Shown here: one piece after another, positions 1 to 15,020 of the stretch
Layout: every line of letters begins with the position of its first letter
Numbering within the stretch: the first letter of the stretch is position 1
Assembly (NCBI GenBank): GCA_951406725.2
Contig: OX597825.1
Location: 27,776,001-27,840,000, forward strand
Length of the DNA stretch: 64,000 nucleotides
Origin: Octopus vulgaris
Taxonomy: Eukaryota
Reading direction: 5' to 3'
Position numbers and translations under genes: made by a program
Notes under the pieces: generated by a model
The model's input: only the letters and a program-made list of their open reading frames with translations
The model's database searches: none
Told to the model about the DNA's origin: nothing

Positions 1-738
1 ATAATTTCAAAATAAGGTGATTAAAATCAAAATAGGAAACAAGGATCCTTGTTGCTTAATTTGATTATAAATATATATACATATATATATGCTTGGCCAC
101 AGCTCGTGAGCTGAAACTAGAATCAATCAATCATATATATATGCCTATTTGTAACCCTTTGATAAATGGTGTAGTATGATTGGAAATTTTCTGATCGTAG
201 TGGCTGCTTTCATTTCATTGTTATTACAAATAGTATATTTTGTTTCTGAACATTAGCGTTACATCGCAAAAGGTAGTTACTGTTTAAATTTCTTGAAATA
301 TGTAATTACGTTTCGTAACGAATGCATAGAGAGGTTGTCCTCAACGTTTCCGCGTGAGACTAAATAAATCCAAATGTTGTTACTGAAGAGTCAGCCAAAC
401 AATCATCGTCATCCTTGCTAAAGTTTACGGTGTACATATAGCACTACCAACTATATATCTGTGGCAGAAACGGATAATTCCATTCTGACATCAAGACCAT
501 AATGTCTCGATCCTCCCCCCCCCCCTTGTATGTTTTTCTTGGAAGACGTGGACGCTTCTCTTTGCCTCCACCTCGTCCAATTCTTACCCATTGCAGAGTT
601 AATTTAGTGGTACGATTATACCTATTTCTTTACATCGAGAATAACGAGGTTCAATAGCATTTACTGATTCATATAAGATTTTAATGGACGAATTCATTAA
701 ATTATGGTTTTATTATTTTATTATTATAAGGCCACTTC

Positions 739-740
<2 letters not shown>

Positions 741-821
<81 letters not shown>

Positions 822-863
822 AAGAAGAAGAAGAAGAAGAAGAAGAAGAAGAAGAAGAAGAAG
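741..863. repeat. Compound microsatellite (AAT)n-(AAG)n
   Basis: Directly visible trinucleotide tracts; the source of the poly-N/poly-K ORF. Confidence 0.95.
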
Positions 864-1814
864 ATTTTTTTAGGGATTACAATAAGATTCTTAAGATAAC
901 AGTAACGGCTTTTCCGTCTTCAGAGATGTGTTCTGCTATTCACTGAATGTCTGCAACTAATGCACATACCTTAGCTCTGTTAGTGAAGTGAATAATATCA
1001 GTCTTGTTGCTTCCTTATATATTCCCTTTTATACACGCCTATGCCCATCGTGTAGATATTCGCAGTTTTGTCCGCTGGGAAATGCATTTTGTTTCAGCAT
1101 TTAATGGTTTTTTTTTTTATACTATGTCCTTTACACTGATTTGTATATACCAGAATATAGCTGGGTTTTTTTCATTCTACAACACCCTTTTGTGGTTTAT
1201 GCATATAGAGCATGTTATCTATTAACATTTAATAATCCTTGCATAACTTCCACTATATGTAAGTCCCAATTCAGTAATTCATGGAGAAGTAATATTTCTT
1301 TGCCTAAACTGTACAGCTAGAGACAACATGTTAAATTTTCTTTTTCCCCATCTTCAAGTGTTCCACAAATATTTGGTGTAATTCTGCTTCATTACACGCG
1401 ATTAATGTTTTCCGGTATGAAGACTTTGGGGATTACTTGATTACAGCATAACACCAGTCTCTAATTAGGGTCTTGTGAGTGCTTGCAACATTCACTCAGT
1501 TTAGAAATTAACATTTAAATTAACATTTAACCTTCTTCGCAAATCCCGTTGTGAATACAGAATTTTTTCTTTAACAGAGCAGGCATTGCTTTGTATTACG
1601 TTAGCTCCCTGGAAGGTAGAAAACAATTTCATTTTTTGTTCTGTCAGTGCTTTGTAGCATGCATTAGTAATCCATTATTTTTATTGATCACTTCGATAAT
1701 CAAGCAATAAATGGTTTTAAGGGCTTAGGATTCTGCAGAAAGGAATATACACGCACACAAGCACATATACACGCACGTAAAAATGCACGCAAGAGACATA
1801 CACATGCATATACA

Positions 1815-2137
<323 letters not shown>

Positions 2138-2239
2138 ACCCAAAATAAGGGTGAAAAAATTGAATATTAATTTAATAACATCAATTTAACACCAAGTGTT
2201 TTAGCGCAAGAGCGTCCACGTAGTGGATTCTCTTATATT

Positions 2240-2286
<47 letters not shown>

Positions 2287-2569
2287 TTCACTTTGATCTT
2301 TGCCTAAAGCCCTGTCCCGTTTAGATATTTATCACAATTTATTGTCTTTTATCTATTCCTCTCCTACTTACTACTCACAGGTACAATTTGTATTCAGAAG
2401 AGTACGTTTTGCTAAGTACATCGTAAATAAGAGAAACTTGATCCTCGTTTCAATCATTTCTTTATTAAGATGCGATCAGTTTCAATATGAATCGTAAATA
2501 TTATGAAAAGTTATCGATTAAATGATTAATTTATGGTGGTAGGTTTAACTCACACTTTTCTGCTTATCT

Positions 2570-2915
2570 TTATCTTTTTGTTGCTACAGCCATTAGAAGT
2601 GGCCATTCTGGGGCACCACCATGAAGAATTTTAGTCGAACGAATCGACTCAAGACCTTAATTTTTAAGCCTAGTAATACTCTATCGGTCATTTGCCCAAC
2701 CATTATGTTAACCGGTTGTTAAGTAGTGGTGGAGGACGAACAAAGAAAAAAGACACACATCTATATATAGGATGGGATTCTTCCAGTTTCCGTTTGCTAA
2801 ATGCTTTCAAGGGAATTTGGTTGACTGGAGACTGTAGTAGAAGACATTAGCCCAAGGTGGCGAATTCAGAAGCTTGTGGTTGAGAAACAAACTTCTTGCC
2901 ATACAGTCAGGCCTG
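2570..2915 (-). mobile_element. Degenerate tRNA-derived SINE, family A
   Basis: Diverged reverse-complement similarity to the copy at 49566-49966 (cagtttccgt, tagtagaagaca, gcccaaggtg). Confidence 0.65.
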
Positions 2916-3448
2916 TTCATAAATTTTCAGTAAATTTCGTTAATCTCACCGAAATATATGGACAAAGATGGGAGAAGAAGTGTTCTTCGCAAACACATGG
3001 CTCTGAGTATATATGTGAGTGTGTATGTGTATATGTGTGTGTGTTTGTGTGTGTGTACCTTTATGCTACTACCGTTTGCTTGTTCTACTCCCCATACGTT
3101 AGTGGTTTTGGTCAGTAGGTTATTGACAAAATATTACCAGACATTAAAATGTTAGGTCTAGGGTCAATTTCATCGAGTAACGCTACAACGCAGTGCCCGC
3201 AGAATAGCCACAATTCAAGTTCTGAAGAAGTAAAACAGAAAAATATTATCAACTACTACCAAATCTGTCTGGACACGAAGTTCCTCTTACAACCACCTGT
3301 TTTGAATTCAATCGAACACCCATAGTTCAGTGTTCATCAATGCCTTTTGTGTGGAATTTAGTTGTCGGGAATGTCTGCAGATATCTGCTGAAGTTATACC
3401 CGAAAGTCAAACCGTCACCTGCACTGAAATTCAGAAATACTGTCCACG

Positions 3449-3600
3449 ATGAGTGGATGCTGAAAGTTTCCTGGCTTTAGGTAAGAAAAAAATACGGGAG
3501 GATTAGTTTTTCTAAACCCTGTAGAAGTACACTGGTGGGTGGCTCTTCAAGCAGGCTTTCAGATAGTCTTAAGGCCAGGAATATTTCAGCATTTCCTCAT
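3449..3600. mobile_element. Small mariner-like MITE
   Basis: Imperfect ~30 bp terminal inverted repeats atgagtggatgctgaaagtttcctggcttta / taaggccaggaatatttcagcatttcctcat. Confidence 0.6.
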
Positions 3601-4120
3601 ACTTATATTCACATATATTTAGACTATGTTTTCTATCTTTTCCAAAATAGAGAAAAAGAAAAGTTCTAGCAGCGGTTATGAATATGACCTTTCGAGATTG
3701 CAATATATTTGCTTCAGTAATTTATTAAATGGACATAGGAATATAATATCTTAAGCCAGCAAATACAGAGACTGTCGTTCATTTTAAACTAGGGCGCGAT
3801 TTCTGAAACTATACGCTTCAACGTTTCGCTACGCCCACCATAACGATCTCATTAACGTACAAGCTCCATTCCAAGGCAAGATTCCAAGTTGAAAATATTG
3901 GATAAGCTGTATGGCCTTGATTCCTCTAAGACTGTTTAATTGCATATTATGTAAATATCTATCATATTATCTTCTTCAATGTCTAAATGCGGGTCGTCAT
4001 TTCCTAGACAAAGTCAATTATAGTTCAATTTAGTTAGTGGTATTTATTCGACACTCGGCATTATAATAGCATTGTATCCGATCAAAAAGTGTACTTTTAT
4101 CTGTTTGTGTGTACATGTCC

Positions 4121-4201
<81 letters not shown>

Positions 4202-4346
4202 CATATATATATATATATACATACATATATATACATATATCTATCTATCTATATATCTATCTATCTATCTATCTCTCTATACATATATATATGTATGTAT
4301 TATACACACACAAGCACACACACACACGCACGCACACACACATATG

Positions 4347-4391
<45 letters not shown>

Positions 4392-4439
4392 TGAACACTT
4401 GGTGAAATTGATTAATTAATTAATTTTACCCTCAATTGT

Positions 4440-4475
<36 letters not shown>

Positions 4476-4723
4476 AAACAAGTTGTTCTTTCCGGGAACA
4501 AATTTTATCCAAACGTATATCACTTTAACTCTATATCGATAAACGATATATGAAATTCTACATATGTATATGTACTAGTGGTTATCGTTGCTTCTTCGAT
4601 ATTAGATCCTTGCTTATCCGAAATTCCAGTTGTCGCTATGGAGGTTTACATTGTTTTTGATATAGGAGAAAACAGTTAACAATATAAATAGAATAACCAA
4701 TTTCATTATTATCATAGTTAATT

Positions 4724-4934
4724 TATATTGTTTACGCGATGTTTCAGTTAATTACTCCAAACTATATTTACACTTTCAAGTGTATTATGAATCTGATAGC
4801 AGCAAAAACCTTCATAAGGGCAAATTGACTGAGATTTTTCACATCCTAACAGATGATTTTGACTGAATTGTAGAGTGTGCGTTTTTCATTCTGTTTTATA
4901 TATATTTATACACACCCACACGTAACACACACAA

Positions 4935-4981
<47 letters not shown>

Positions 4982-5043
4982 TTAGGGAATGAAAGTGTAA
5001 ATATAGTTTGGTGTAATTAACTGAAACATCGCGTAGACAATAT
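4724..5043. repeat. Inverted repeat with a degenerate hammerhead-like motif (Penelope pLTR-like)
   Basis: 4724-4778 is the reverse complement of about 4990-5043. The minus strand of 4728-4823 reads CTTATGA-AGGTT...AACT-GAAA-CATCGCG-TA. Confidence 0.6.
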
Positions 5044-5084
5044 AGATATATAGATATAGATATAGATATATACATGTATGTATG

Positions 5085-5157
<73 letters not shown>

Positions 5158-5789
5158 GTATGTAAGTATGTATGTATATGTTTATATATATATATATATA
5201 CATAGGATATATAATACAAGTGTATTATATATATATATATGAATGTAGATATGTAACAACAGGCATATATGCGTTTTTAGTCAGTTACAATCAATATTCA
5301 TGCAGGATAAATTTGTGCACATGAATGCATAAATGCATCCATACACATAAAATATACGCATACATATATACGCGTGTGTGTGCTTTTGTGTATGTGTGTT
5401 GCTATCAAATTATTTCTTATATTCAATATGTACATAGTATATGTATATACCAGTGTCTACGTGTGTGTACATGTATGAATATATATATATATATATATAT
5501 ATATTCACAGACACACACGCAGAAATCCATACATTCATATACTTATACATGTACATATGTACATACATAGCTATGTGGGTGGAAGTATTTAAACACTGAT
5601 ATCTCTATTCTAGCTTAGTGAACTGAGGAAATGATTTGGCCTATTTCGTAAGAATCTGTCAAATGTTTTGTTAAGGGGCCAACTTACTAAATATTTACTA
5701 CAACGACGCTTCTACTACTGCTCTTCCTGCTGTCTCTACTGCAATAAACATTTACCAATGGCTGTTACTACTACTACTACTACTACTAC

Positions 5790-5834
<45 letters not shown>

Positions 5835-5853
5835 TGATGATAATAATGATAAT

Positions 5854-5907
<54 letters not shown>

Positions 5908-5908
<1 letters not shown>

Positions 5909-6437
5909 GCTCTCATGGATTCTGATCTAAACTGATTGGAAGTGTTATCATGTACATTGTTTTGTCTTGGTATAAAAGATGGGCTAAAGCAAATATTCTG
6001 CTCAATACCACAGATTTACTTGTCGGTTGCTTGACCTTAACCAGTCGAGCATGTCCCTTAGTGGCTGACGATATGTGCATTCTTGATCACGAGCAGAAGT
6101 AGTGGGGGAGCATCATAGCCATGTGTTGAGAGGGATTCGTTGTGGTTTGAATAATTCACCTCTGGAAACATGGGTTTTTTTCAACATCCTTAAACAACCC
6201 TTATTCAGGGACCGTTTTGAGCGGGATGGGCTACTCAACCTGAAGAAAATTCTAACTGGGCCCCACTTGCAAGGTCATGTGCTGTTTATCTTGATATGAG
6301 ATTACTATGTCGCGCACATTTGGTTGTGATGCATGTGCCTGGTGTAACCTTATCAGACGGGTAGTCATGATGGGTATATTGGGCTTCGTATATTTTACCC
6401 CAGTGTCACTTTGATGGCATGAACTGCTCTCTCACTC
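5908..6437 (+). mobile_element. ~530 bp non-coding interspersed element embedded in (AAT)n, copy 1 (slightly shortened at left end)
   Basis: Colinear with copies at 6517, 7118 and 15021; ends in ctctctcactc followed by (AAT)n. Strand is assigned arbitrarily. Confidence 0.85.
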
Positions 6438-6516
<79 letters not shown>

Positions 6517-6517
<1 letters not shown>

Positions 6518-7071
6518 GGCCTGATGCAGTACTAGGCACTGTCTCTCATGGTTTCTTGATCTTAACTGATTGGAAGTGTTATCATGTACATTGTTTTATC
6601 TTGGTATAAATGATGGGCTACAACAAATTTTCTGCTCAATACCACAGATTTGCTTGTCGGTTGCTTGACCTTAACTAGTTGAGAATGTCCCTTAGTGGCT
6701 GACGATATGTGCATTCTTGATCACGAGCAGAAGTAGTGGGGGAGCATCATAGCCATGTGTTAAGAGGATTCTTTGGGGTTTGAATAATTCTCCTCTGGAT
6801 AAAATGGGAATTTCGTTCAATATCCTTAAACAATCCTTATTCAGGGAGCTTTTGAGCGGGATGGGTTACTCGAGTAAAAAAAATTCTAAATGGTCCCCAC
6901 TTGCAAGGTCATGTGCTGTTCATCTTGATATGAGATCACCATGTCACGCACATATGGTTGTGATGCATGTGCCTGGTGTACCCTTATCAGACGGGTAGTC
7001 ATGATGGGTATACTGGGCTTCGTATATTTTAGTCTAGTGTCACTTTGATGGCATGCACTGCTCTCTCACAC
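6517..7071 (+). mobile_element. (AAT)n-embedded ~550 bp element, copy 2
   Basis: Starts cggcctgatgcagtactaggc; AAT tracts on both sides. Confidence 0.85.
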
Positions 7072-7117
<46 letters not shown>

Positions 7118-7118
<1 letters not shown>

Positions 7119-7654
7119 GGCCTGATGCAGTACTAGGCACTGTCTCTCATGGTTTCTTAACTTAACCGATATGAAGTATTAACAGGTACATGTTTTGTCT
7201 TGGTATAAAAGATTGGCTACAGCAAATATTCTGCTGAATACCACAGATTTGTTTGACTTTAAATTGTTAACCATATCCCTTAGTGGCTATTGATATGCGC
7301 ATCTCTGGTCATGATCAGATGTAGTGGGGAGCACCATAGCCATGTTAAGAAGAATTCTTTAGGATTTGAATAATTAACATCTTGTCACATGGGTATTTCA
7401 TTCAACAATCTTGAACAAACATTATTCAGGAACCTCTTGAGTGGGGTGGGCTACTCGCCTGAAGAAAAGTCTTACAGGGCCCCATCTGCGAGGTCATGCG
7501 CTCTTTATCTTGATATGAGATCTCCATTTCGCGCACACATGGTTGTGATACATGTGCCTGGTGTACTCTTATCAGACGGATAGTCATGATGGGCATATTG
7601 GGCTTTGTATATTTTAGCAGTGTCCCTTTGATGGCAGATACTGCTCTCTCACTC
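7118..7654 (+). mobile_element. (AAT)n-embedded ~540 bp element, copy 3 (more diverged)
   Basis: Same start and end motifs; AAT flanks. Confidence 0.85.
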
Positions 7655-7694
7655 AATAATAAAAATAATAATAATAATTAGGAGAGGGAGGAGG

Positions 7695-7840
7695 AGGAGA
7701 TATTGAGAGTTGAGAAAAACGGGAAAACAAGGGAAGAAGTATAAGAAGAACATGAAGAATTGCGCAGAAAGGGACTACGTGATCAATTCCATATCGCCAC
7801 AATAGAAATTGCTGGAAAAAATAGGAACCTTAGGAATGAG
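7695..7840 (+). mobile_element. Possible decayed R4/Dong-like fragment
   Basis: Translates RRKGLRDQFHIATIEIAGKN, loosely like WSQKPLHGQY in the 32074 ORF; follows an AAT tract. Confidence 0.3.
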
Positions 7841-8032
7841 CCATATTAATAATAATAATGATTTCATATATTTGCTACCAGGGCGAATGATGTGGTGGGG
7901 AGGCGACACAAAGACAGACATAAAGTGAGGGTGTTTACATATAATGAAATGATAAAGTAATTATGTAGAAAAGAAAACATCTAAGTATACACTGTACACA
8001 ATGAAAAGGAAGGGAATGTAATAATAATAATA

Positions 8033-8250
8033 AAAAGAAGAAGAAGAAGAAGAAGGAGAAGGAGAAGGAGAAGAAGAAGAAGAAGAAGAAGAAGAAGAAG
8101 AAGAAGAAGAAGAAGAAGAAGAAGAAGAAGAAGAAGAAGAAGAAGCGGAAGAAGAAGAAGAAGAAGAAGAAGAAGAAGAAGAAGAAGAAGAAGAAGAAGA
8201 AGAAGAAGAAGAAGAAGAAGAAGAAGAAGAAGAAGAAGAAGAAGAAGAAG
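8033..8250. repeat. (AAG)n microsatellite
   Basis: Directly visible. Confidence 0.95.
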
Positions 8251-9350
8251 AACACCAAAACCACCAACAACAAGAACAACAACTGTTATTATTTTTCGTG
8301 ATTATTATTACTTGAAATAATGATGGTTTTTTTTTAAACTATAAGAATTAATAGTAAAAGTAATTTGTATAAGTAATTGAATGAGAACAGCCTTGTCATA
8401 TATTTGGTGTCACTAATTCTGCCTGAAAATTGCGAAGTATCTCTCCATTCAAATGCAGTAACGTTTGATTGGAGATTTGGCATTTACTTCAAACCGAGTT
8501 CTGTGACTATATTGAGAAACTATTTGTGTGGTGCGATTGCAATCATGTAATATATAAACATTGTATCGTTTTCCTTGCGATGTACACACATGATTATTGT
8601 TTAAGATTCAGCGGCTTTTCGTTCATTTTAGTTTGATTTAGTTTCTCTAGAAATAAATTAACGAGGAATAAATATATTTCTTGAAGAAACGCTAGTTTAA
8701 ACGAACTTCTCGTCAAGAATTACTGCCAGATACATGTAATAAAGTAATGTAGATTTAAATTAACTGTTTTAAAAACACAATGAAATCCTTATATCGTAAT
8801 TGAACGGAGGAACTCATTACAGATATAAGATTGAAATCTATTAGAGTACGAATAAGTAGGAATATTGGATTCAAGCTAAAGCAGAGTGTATACACTAAGC
8901 CATAGAGATTTAAACGATAATTTATTTCTAATCAGTATAACGCAACTGGATACACGTGTTGCTGACTAATAGCTCAAACAGATAAAACGTAAACCGGTAG
9001 TACGGTCGGCTGGATGGCTCTTTGGTCGCGATCAACATTGCAAGGGGAACAACTTGTGGGTGAATGATCGACATTAAAAATCCGCCATTATAACTGTCAA
9101 GAAATGAAGAAGCATTATTCTATTTAATATTAAACTTAGAGTGCAAAGTCTATGAAACGAATTATCCTCATAGTCATAAAGTTCTCGTTTATAAACGAAA
9201 CGAATATTAAATATGTAATTCATAGTTAATAACAAAATATACGTTCCTGTGAAAATGAGAAAATTTCTATTGTGATTTCCATAAATTCAATATAATAAAT
9301 GAACTCAACCAAGTGTACAGACATGGAACAGATATATAGATATTTACATC

Positions 9351-9427
<77 letters not shown>

Positions 9428-9497
9428 GTATATACACTCGTTTGTATGTACGTACGCACGCATACATGGATATATATATATATACATAGATATATAT

Positions 9498-9610
<113 letters not shown>

Positions 9611-10329
9611 TATATAGTTTAAGCACTATGTAATGTGTGTATGTATGTATGTATATATGCAAGAATGTACGAATATATTTATGCATATATGTACGTCTGT
9701 TTATGCAGGCGTCTTCTTTCAATAAGGCAACTTCCTAAAATGTTAAGTTCTTACAACATAGAATATAAACTTATATTCGAATATAACTTTTCCTTTCTGA
9801 CATTAAAAGCGTCTCGTATATAGAATCATTAGATTATTTGAAGCTATTGATTCAATTAATATTAATGTTATGTACTTCATATATTCAATGCTTAATCTAT
9901 GTTTGAGACGAAATTAAGCAATTAAGAATTGTCTGTATGTTTATTGTCGTATTTATTTATGTTCCTCTTGTTCCCAGTAAAGTTTAGAGTTCGATAGCGT
10001 AACTATCTAACCTATTCAGATCGATCACAATTCACCAAAAAGCTTATGTGTCTATAATAAAGATTATCGTAGTGTTTAATTAGTATGAATTGAAACAGAA
10101 GATTCCGCGCTCGAAACGACTCCCCAGAAATTATGGATTTTGTTTTATCTATCAGAAGAATGGGTTAAGTGAAACATTGTGACAGTAATAAGACAGATCT
10201 AAATTATATAGTAACCGGTTGCACACATACGAACACAGGCATCCACAAGCGCATACATGTGAGTATGTGTGCGCGCGTGTGTGTTTGCGAGTATGTACAT
10301 TTGAGAGTGTGTGTGTGTGTGTACATGTG

Positions 10330-10553
10330 TACTCTTTTTACTCTTTACTTTTTTACTTGTTTCAGTCAGGTGTCTGCAGCCATGCTGGAGCACCGCCTTT
10401 AGTCGAGCAAATCTACCCCAGGACTTATTCTTTATAAGCCTTATTCTATCGGTCTCATTGCAGAACCGCTCAGTTATGGGAACGTAAACACACCAGCATC
10501 GGTGGTCAAGCGATGTTGGGGGGCAAACACAGACACACAAATACACATATATA

Positions 10554-10621
<68 letters not shown>

Positions 10622-10764
10622 CATATATACGATGGGATTCTTTCAGTTTCCGTCTACCAATTCTACTCACACAGCTATGGTCGGCCCGAGGCTATAGTCG
10701 AAGACAGTTACCCAAGGTGCCACGCACTGGGACTGAACCCGGAACCATGTGGTTCGTAAGCAAG
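10330..10764 (-). mobile_element. tRNA-derived SINE family A with an internal (TA)n tract
   Basis: Reverse complement of the family A sequence (gggactgaacccggaaccatgtgg; catgctggagcaccgcctttagtcgagcaaat). Confidence 0.85.
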
Positions 10765-11480
10765 TGTGGTATGTGTGGAATGAGTTAATATGCATTCATA
10801 TGAATTTAAAAACGTGTTATTCGTATGTTGACGCACATTTCACACGCACTTACACACACAACAGCACGTTATACAAAATCTGGGATGATATGTTATGATT
10901 GTTTATATCAACATAAATACAATTTTATAAGAGTTTACTTATAACCGAGATTTATATGTGAAAGATTCTAAACACAATGCCCCTTTAAAGCCTCAAGAAT
11001 ATAGACTTATACAAATCGAGATACACAGCCAAGCACATATTTTTCCGCGCATTTCATTAATTATCTATGCGTTTCTGTATGCGAGCTCGTGTCTCAGACA
11101 GTGTTGTTTTGTATTTTGTGTACAATTTAGACTCTATAAACTTTTTAATTACTTCCTCGCAGGCTTTGTTTTTAAAACTACAATTAATTAATTTTTAATT
11201 TAATATTCATCACTCTCTGTGCGAATACGTGATTTGTATATGAGCTATGATTTGATCGTTGGTATTTATCATATAGAAAGATAGTTGGACAGGATACGAT
11301 AGATAGAAATATAGATGGAGAGAGAGAGATAAATAGATAGATAGAAAGATAGATAGATAGGTAGATAGATAGATAGAGAGAGAGAGAGTGAGAAAGAGAG
11401 AGAGAGATGCATATAGCTATCTATTCATTTCCACATAAATGTAATTGTATTTGTATACATATATGCATACGTATATATGT

Positions 11481-11534
<54 letters not shown>

Positions 11535-11541
<7 letters not shown>

Positions 11542-11550
11542 TATTAAAGG

Positions 11551-11584
<34 letters not shown>

Positions 11585-11729
11585 TTATTTATAAATATAT
11601 ACTGAAATATTTTAATATATAGAATAGAATATAAATATACTATATATATATATATATATATATAGTCGATATATATATATATATATATATAAATTCGGTT
11701 AAACGTATATATATATACATACATATATT

Positions 11730-11767
<38 letters not shown>

Positions 11768-11848
11768 TTAAATAGGTGAATGACTTATTCATGTTTATCG
11801 TCTATTTAACCGAATTTTGTTAACATCTTCGTTCGACTCCATTCTTTC

Positions 11849-11899
<51 letters not shown>

Positions 11900-12011
11900 G
11901 AAAGAATATATGTTATTTTCCATGTATATATATACCTATTTAAATATATATATAATACATATATATATATATATATATATACATATATGTATGTATATAT
12001 ATATACTACAT

Positions 12012-12097
<86 letters not shown>

Positions 12098-12232
12098 ATA
12101 TACATCTATATATTAAAATATTTCAGTATATATTTATAAATAAATATGTAAGTGTATATATATTGATATATATATGTATGTGGGTGGGTGTGTTTGTGTG
12201 CGATCTTATGTGAATAGCCTTTAATATATTTA
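11535..12232. repeat. Nested inverted duplications in a TA-rich region
   Basis: aaatatattaaaggctat (~11537) vs atagcctttaatatattt (~12214); tttatttataaatatatactgaaatattttaatatataga (~11584) vs its reverse complement (~12105). Confidence 0.7.
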
Positions 12233-12418
12233 TTCTGTAAGTATAAGTATAAATGATAAATAATGTATAGTAGCTTTCTTGTTGATAATAATATAAAGTT
12301 CCGTATAAGTTGTAAAGTGAAAATATTTGTATGTATGCATAAGTGTGTGTGTGAAGTTATAGGTGTATATGTGTATTCTGTGGGCATATATGACTGTATG
12401 TATATGTTTATGTATATA

Positions 12419-12478
<60 letters not shown>

Positions 12479-12495
12479 TACATACATATACATAA

Positions 12496-12538
<43 letters not shown>

Positions 12539-12792
12539 ACAGATATATATATATATATATAGTAGCTTTCTTGTTGTATATATATATATAGGCATACAGA
12601 TAATATTATATCACGTTTGATTTATGTTTATATATACATTGCATTAATATAAACCGATTATATGGTAACGTATATAGACGTATACGTATATAAGCATATA
12701 AATATTTTACATATATATATATATGTGTGTGTGTGCATGGCTGTGTGTGTGCGTGTGAGAGATCTTATTTGAAGGTTAGTTACAAATACATG

Positions 12793-12880
<88 letters not shown>

Positions 12881-13267
12881 ATATATATATATATACATAC
12901 ACACACACATATATAACATACAACTATGTATACTTATATAATATGCACAACAATTGTTGTCGTCTGTTACGTCTACATCGATTTCTCTTTGAAAACTAAT
13001 TGTTTATTTCTGAAATTCCAACAAATATTTTGTTAAATAAATTTGATTTTAATCACATTTTCTAAGCAATTAAACTTTATTCATTTCCGTATACCTGTAT
13101 CTCTTTCACTATTTTTTAATTCCTTAATTTAATCTTCACATTTTTGTATGTTTGTACACACACATAGAAAAAAATACACATACATATATATGCAGACATG
13201 TGTATATATGTGTATCTAAAAAATAGATAAACACATGCAGACCCACCACACTCAAACACACACACAT

Positions 13268-13303
<36 letters not shown>

Positions 13304-13335
13304 GTAGGCAGTGAAAATAACGTTATATATATATG

Positions 13336-13366
<31 letters not shown>

Positions 13367-13802
13367 GCGTGTGTGTGCCTGTGTGTCTCTGTGGTGTGTA
13401 TGATTGGTTGTGTTACATTCATATGATGTATGAATGTAAATACTCATACAAACACATACACCGATGTGCGTGTTTCTGTGTATGTGTGTATGACTCTACG
13501 AATGTGTGTGAGTACAACTGCGAGCGTGTGTGAGGGTGTTATTTTATTTGTGTCTATACTTGCAAAGCTATGTATATACGCTTATTCTACAATATGTATA
13601 CTTTCTCTGTTGCAGGATATACACCATTTAATCTCTGGATTAACACTTTTGGGATTATTACTATACATTTTGGATTGGATTACTTATAGATGACTGGATT
13701 TACCCCAAATGTCTTGGTAAGCTGATTTACTTGCTAAATTTTTTTCATTCCTTGGCTTGTGATGTTTGTAATTATGGAGGGTGTGTATGGATGCTTAGAA
13801 AA

Positions 13803-13940
<138 letters not shown>

Positions 13941-14327
13941 ATATATATATATTCATATATACTTATATATATATATATATATTTATACATATATATATGT
14001 GTGTGTGTGTGAGTATAGATATACATATATAAAAATATATATATGCATATATATATACATATATATTCATATATATACATATATATATAGAAATATGTAA
14101 ATATATATATATATATATATACATATATGTATAAATATATATATATATAAGCACACACATATCTAACTATATATCTATATATATATATATGTATTTATAT
14201 ATATATATATGTGTGTGTGTGTAAGTATATATATATATGTATGTATGTATGTATGTATATATATATATGCATAAGCACACACGTATGAGTGCATAAATGA
14301 CAACAACAACAATAATAATAATAGCAA

Positions 14328-14482
<155 letters not shown>

Positions 14483-14538
14483 GTAATAATAATAATAGGA
14501 GAGTATTGTAGTTCGCTTGAAGCATTGTGTATTGTTTG

Positions 14539-14852
14539 TAACGAATAAGAAGTTTTGAATGGTACAACAATGCAGTATAATACAAATAATGGGTTATATA
14601 CCTGTTGTAAAAAGTCCTTCTTCAGATATTCTTAGATGGAGTCGCTGCTATAATCTTTACTGTGACTTTATTTTATCGTCCCTGGTCGGCCTAAATGTAA
14701 AACCGATTATAGCAGCGACTCCATCTAAGAATATCTAAGGAATTTCATTCCGAAATATTATCAGACAATGGATGACTAAATTACAACAGATATCTAGCCC
14801 ATTATTTGTATTACAGTGCATTGTTGCACCGTCCAAAGCTTTCTATTCGTTA
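14539..14852. repeat. Fold-back inverted repeat between (AAT)n tracts
   Basis: Perfect 32 bp inner arms (14624-14655 / 14705-14736) plus diverged ~70 bp outer arms (14539-14610 / 14781-14852). Confidence 0.9.
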
Positions 14853-14860
14853 ATAATAAC

Positions 14861-14965
<105 letters not shown>

Positions 14966-14966
14966 C

Positions 14967-15017
<51 letters not shown>

Positions 15018-15020
15018 TAT

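Noticed and set aside
6060-6125. CTGACGA...GAAG in the AAT-embedded element as a hammerhead
   Set aside because: No GAAA, no well-placed stems II/III or NUH site; the core is not kept in copy 3.
5908-7654. Repeat-spacer array as a CRISPR-like locus
   Set aside because: Units are ~540 bp, the spacers are plain AAT tracts, there are no cas genes, and the context is eukaryotic.
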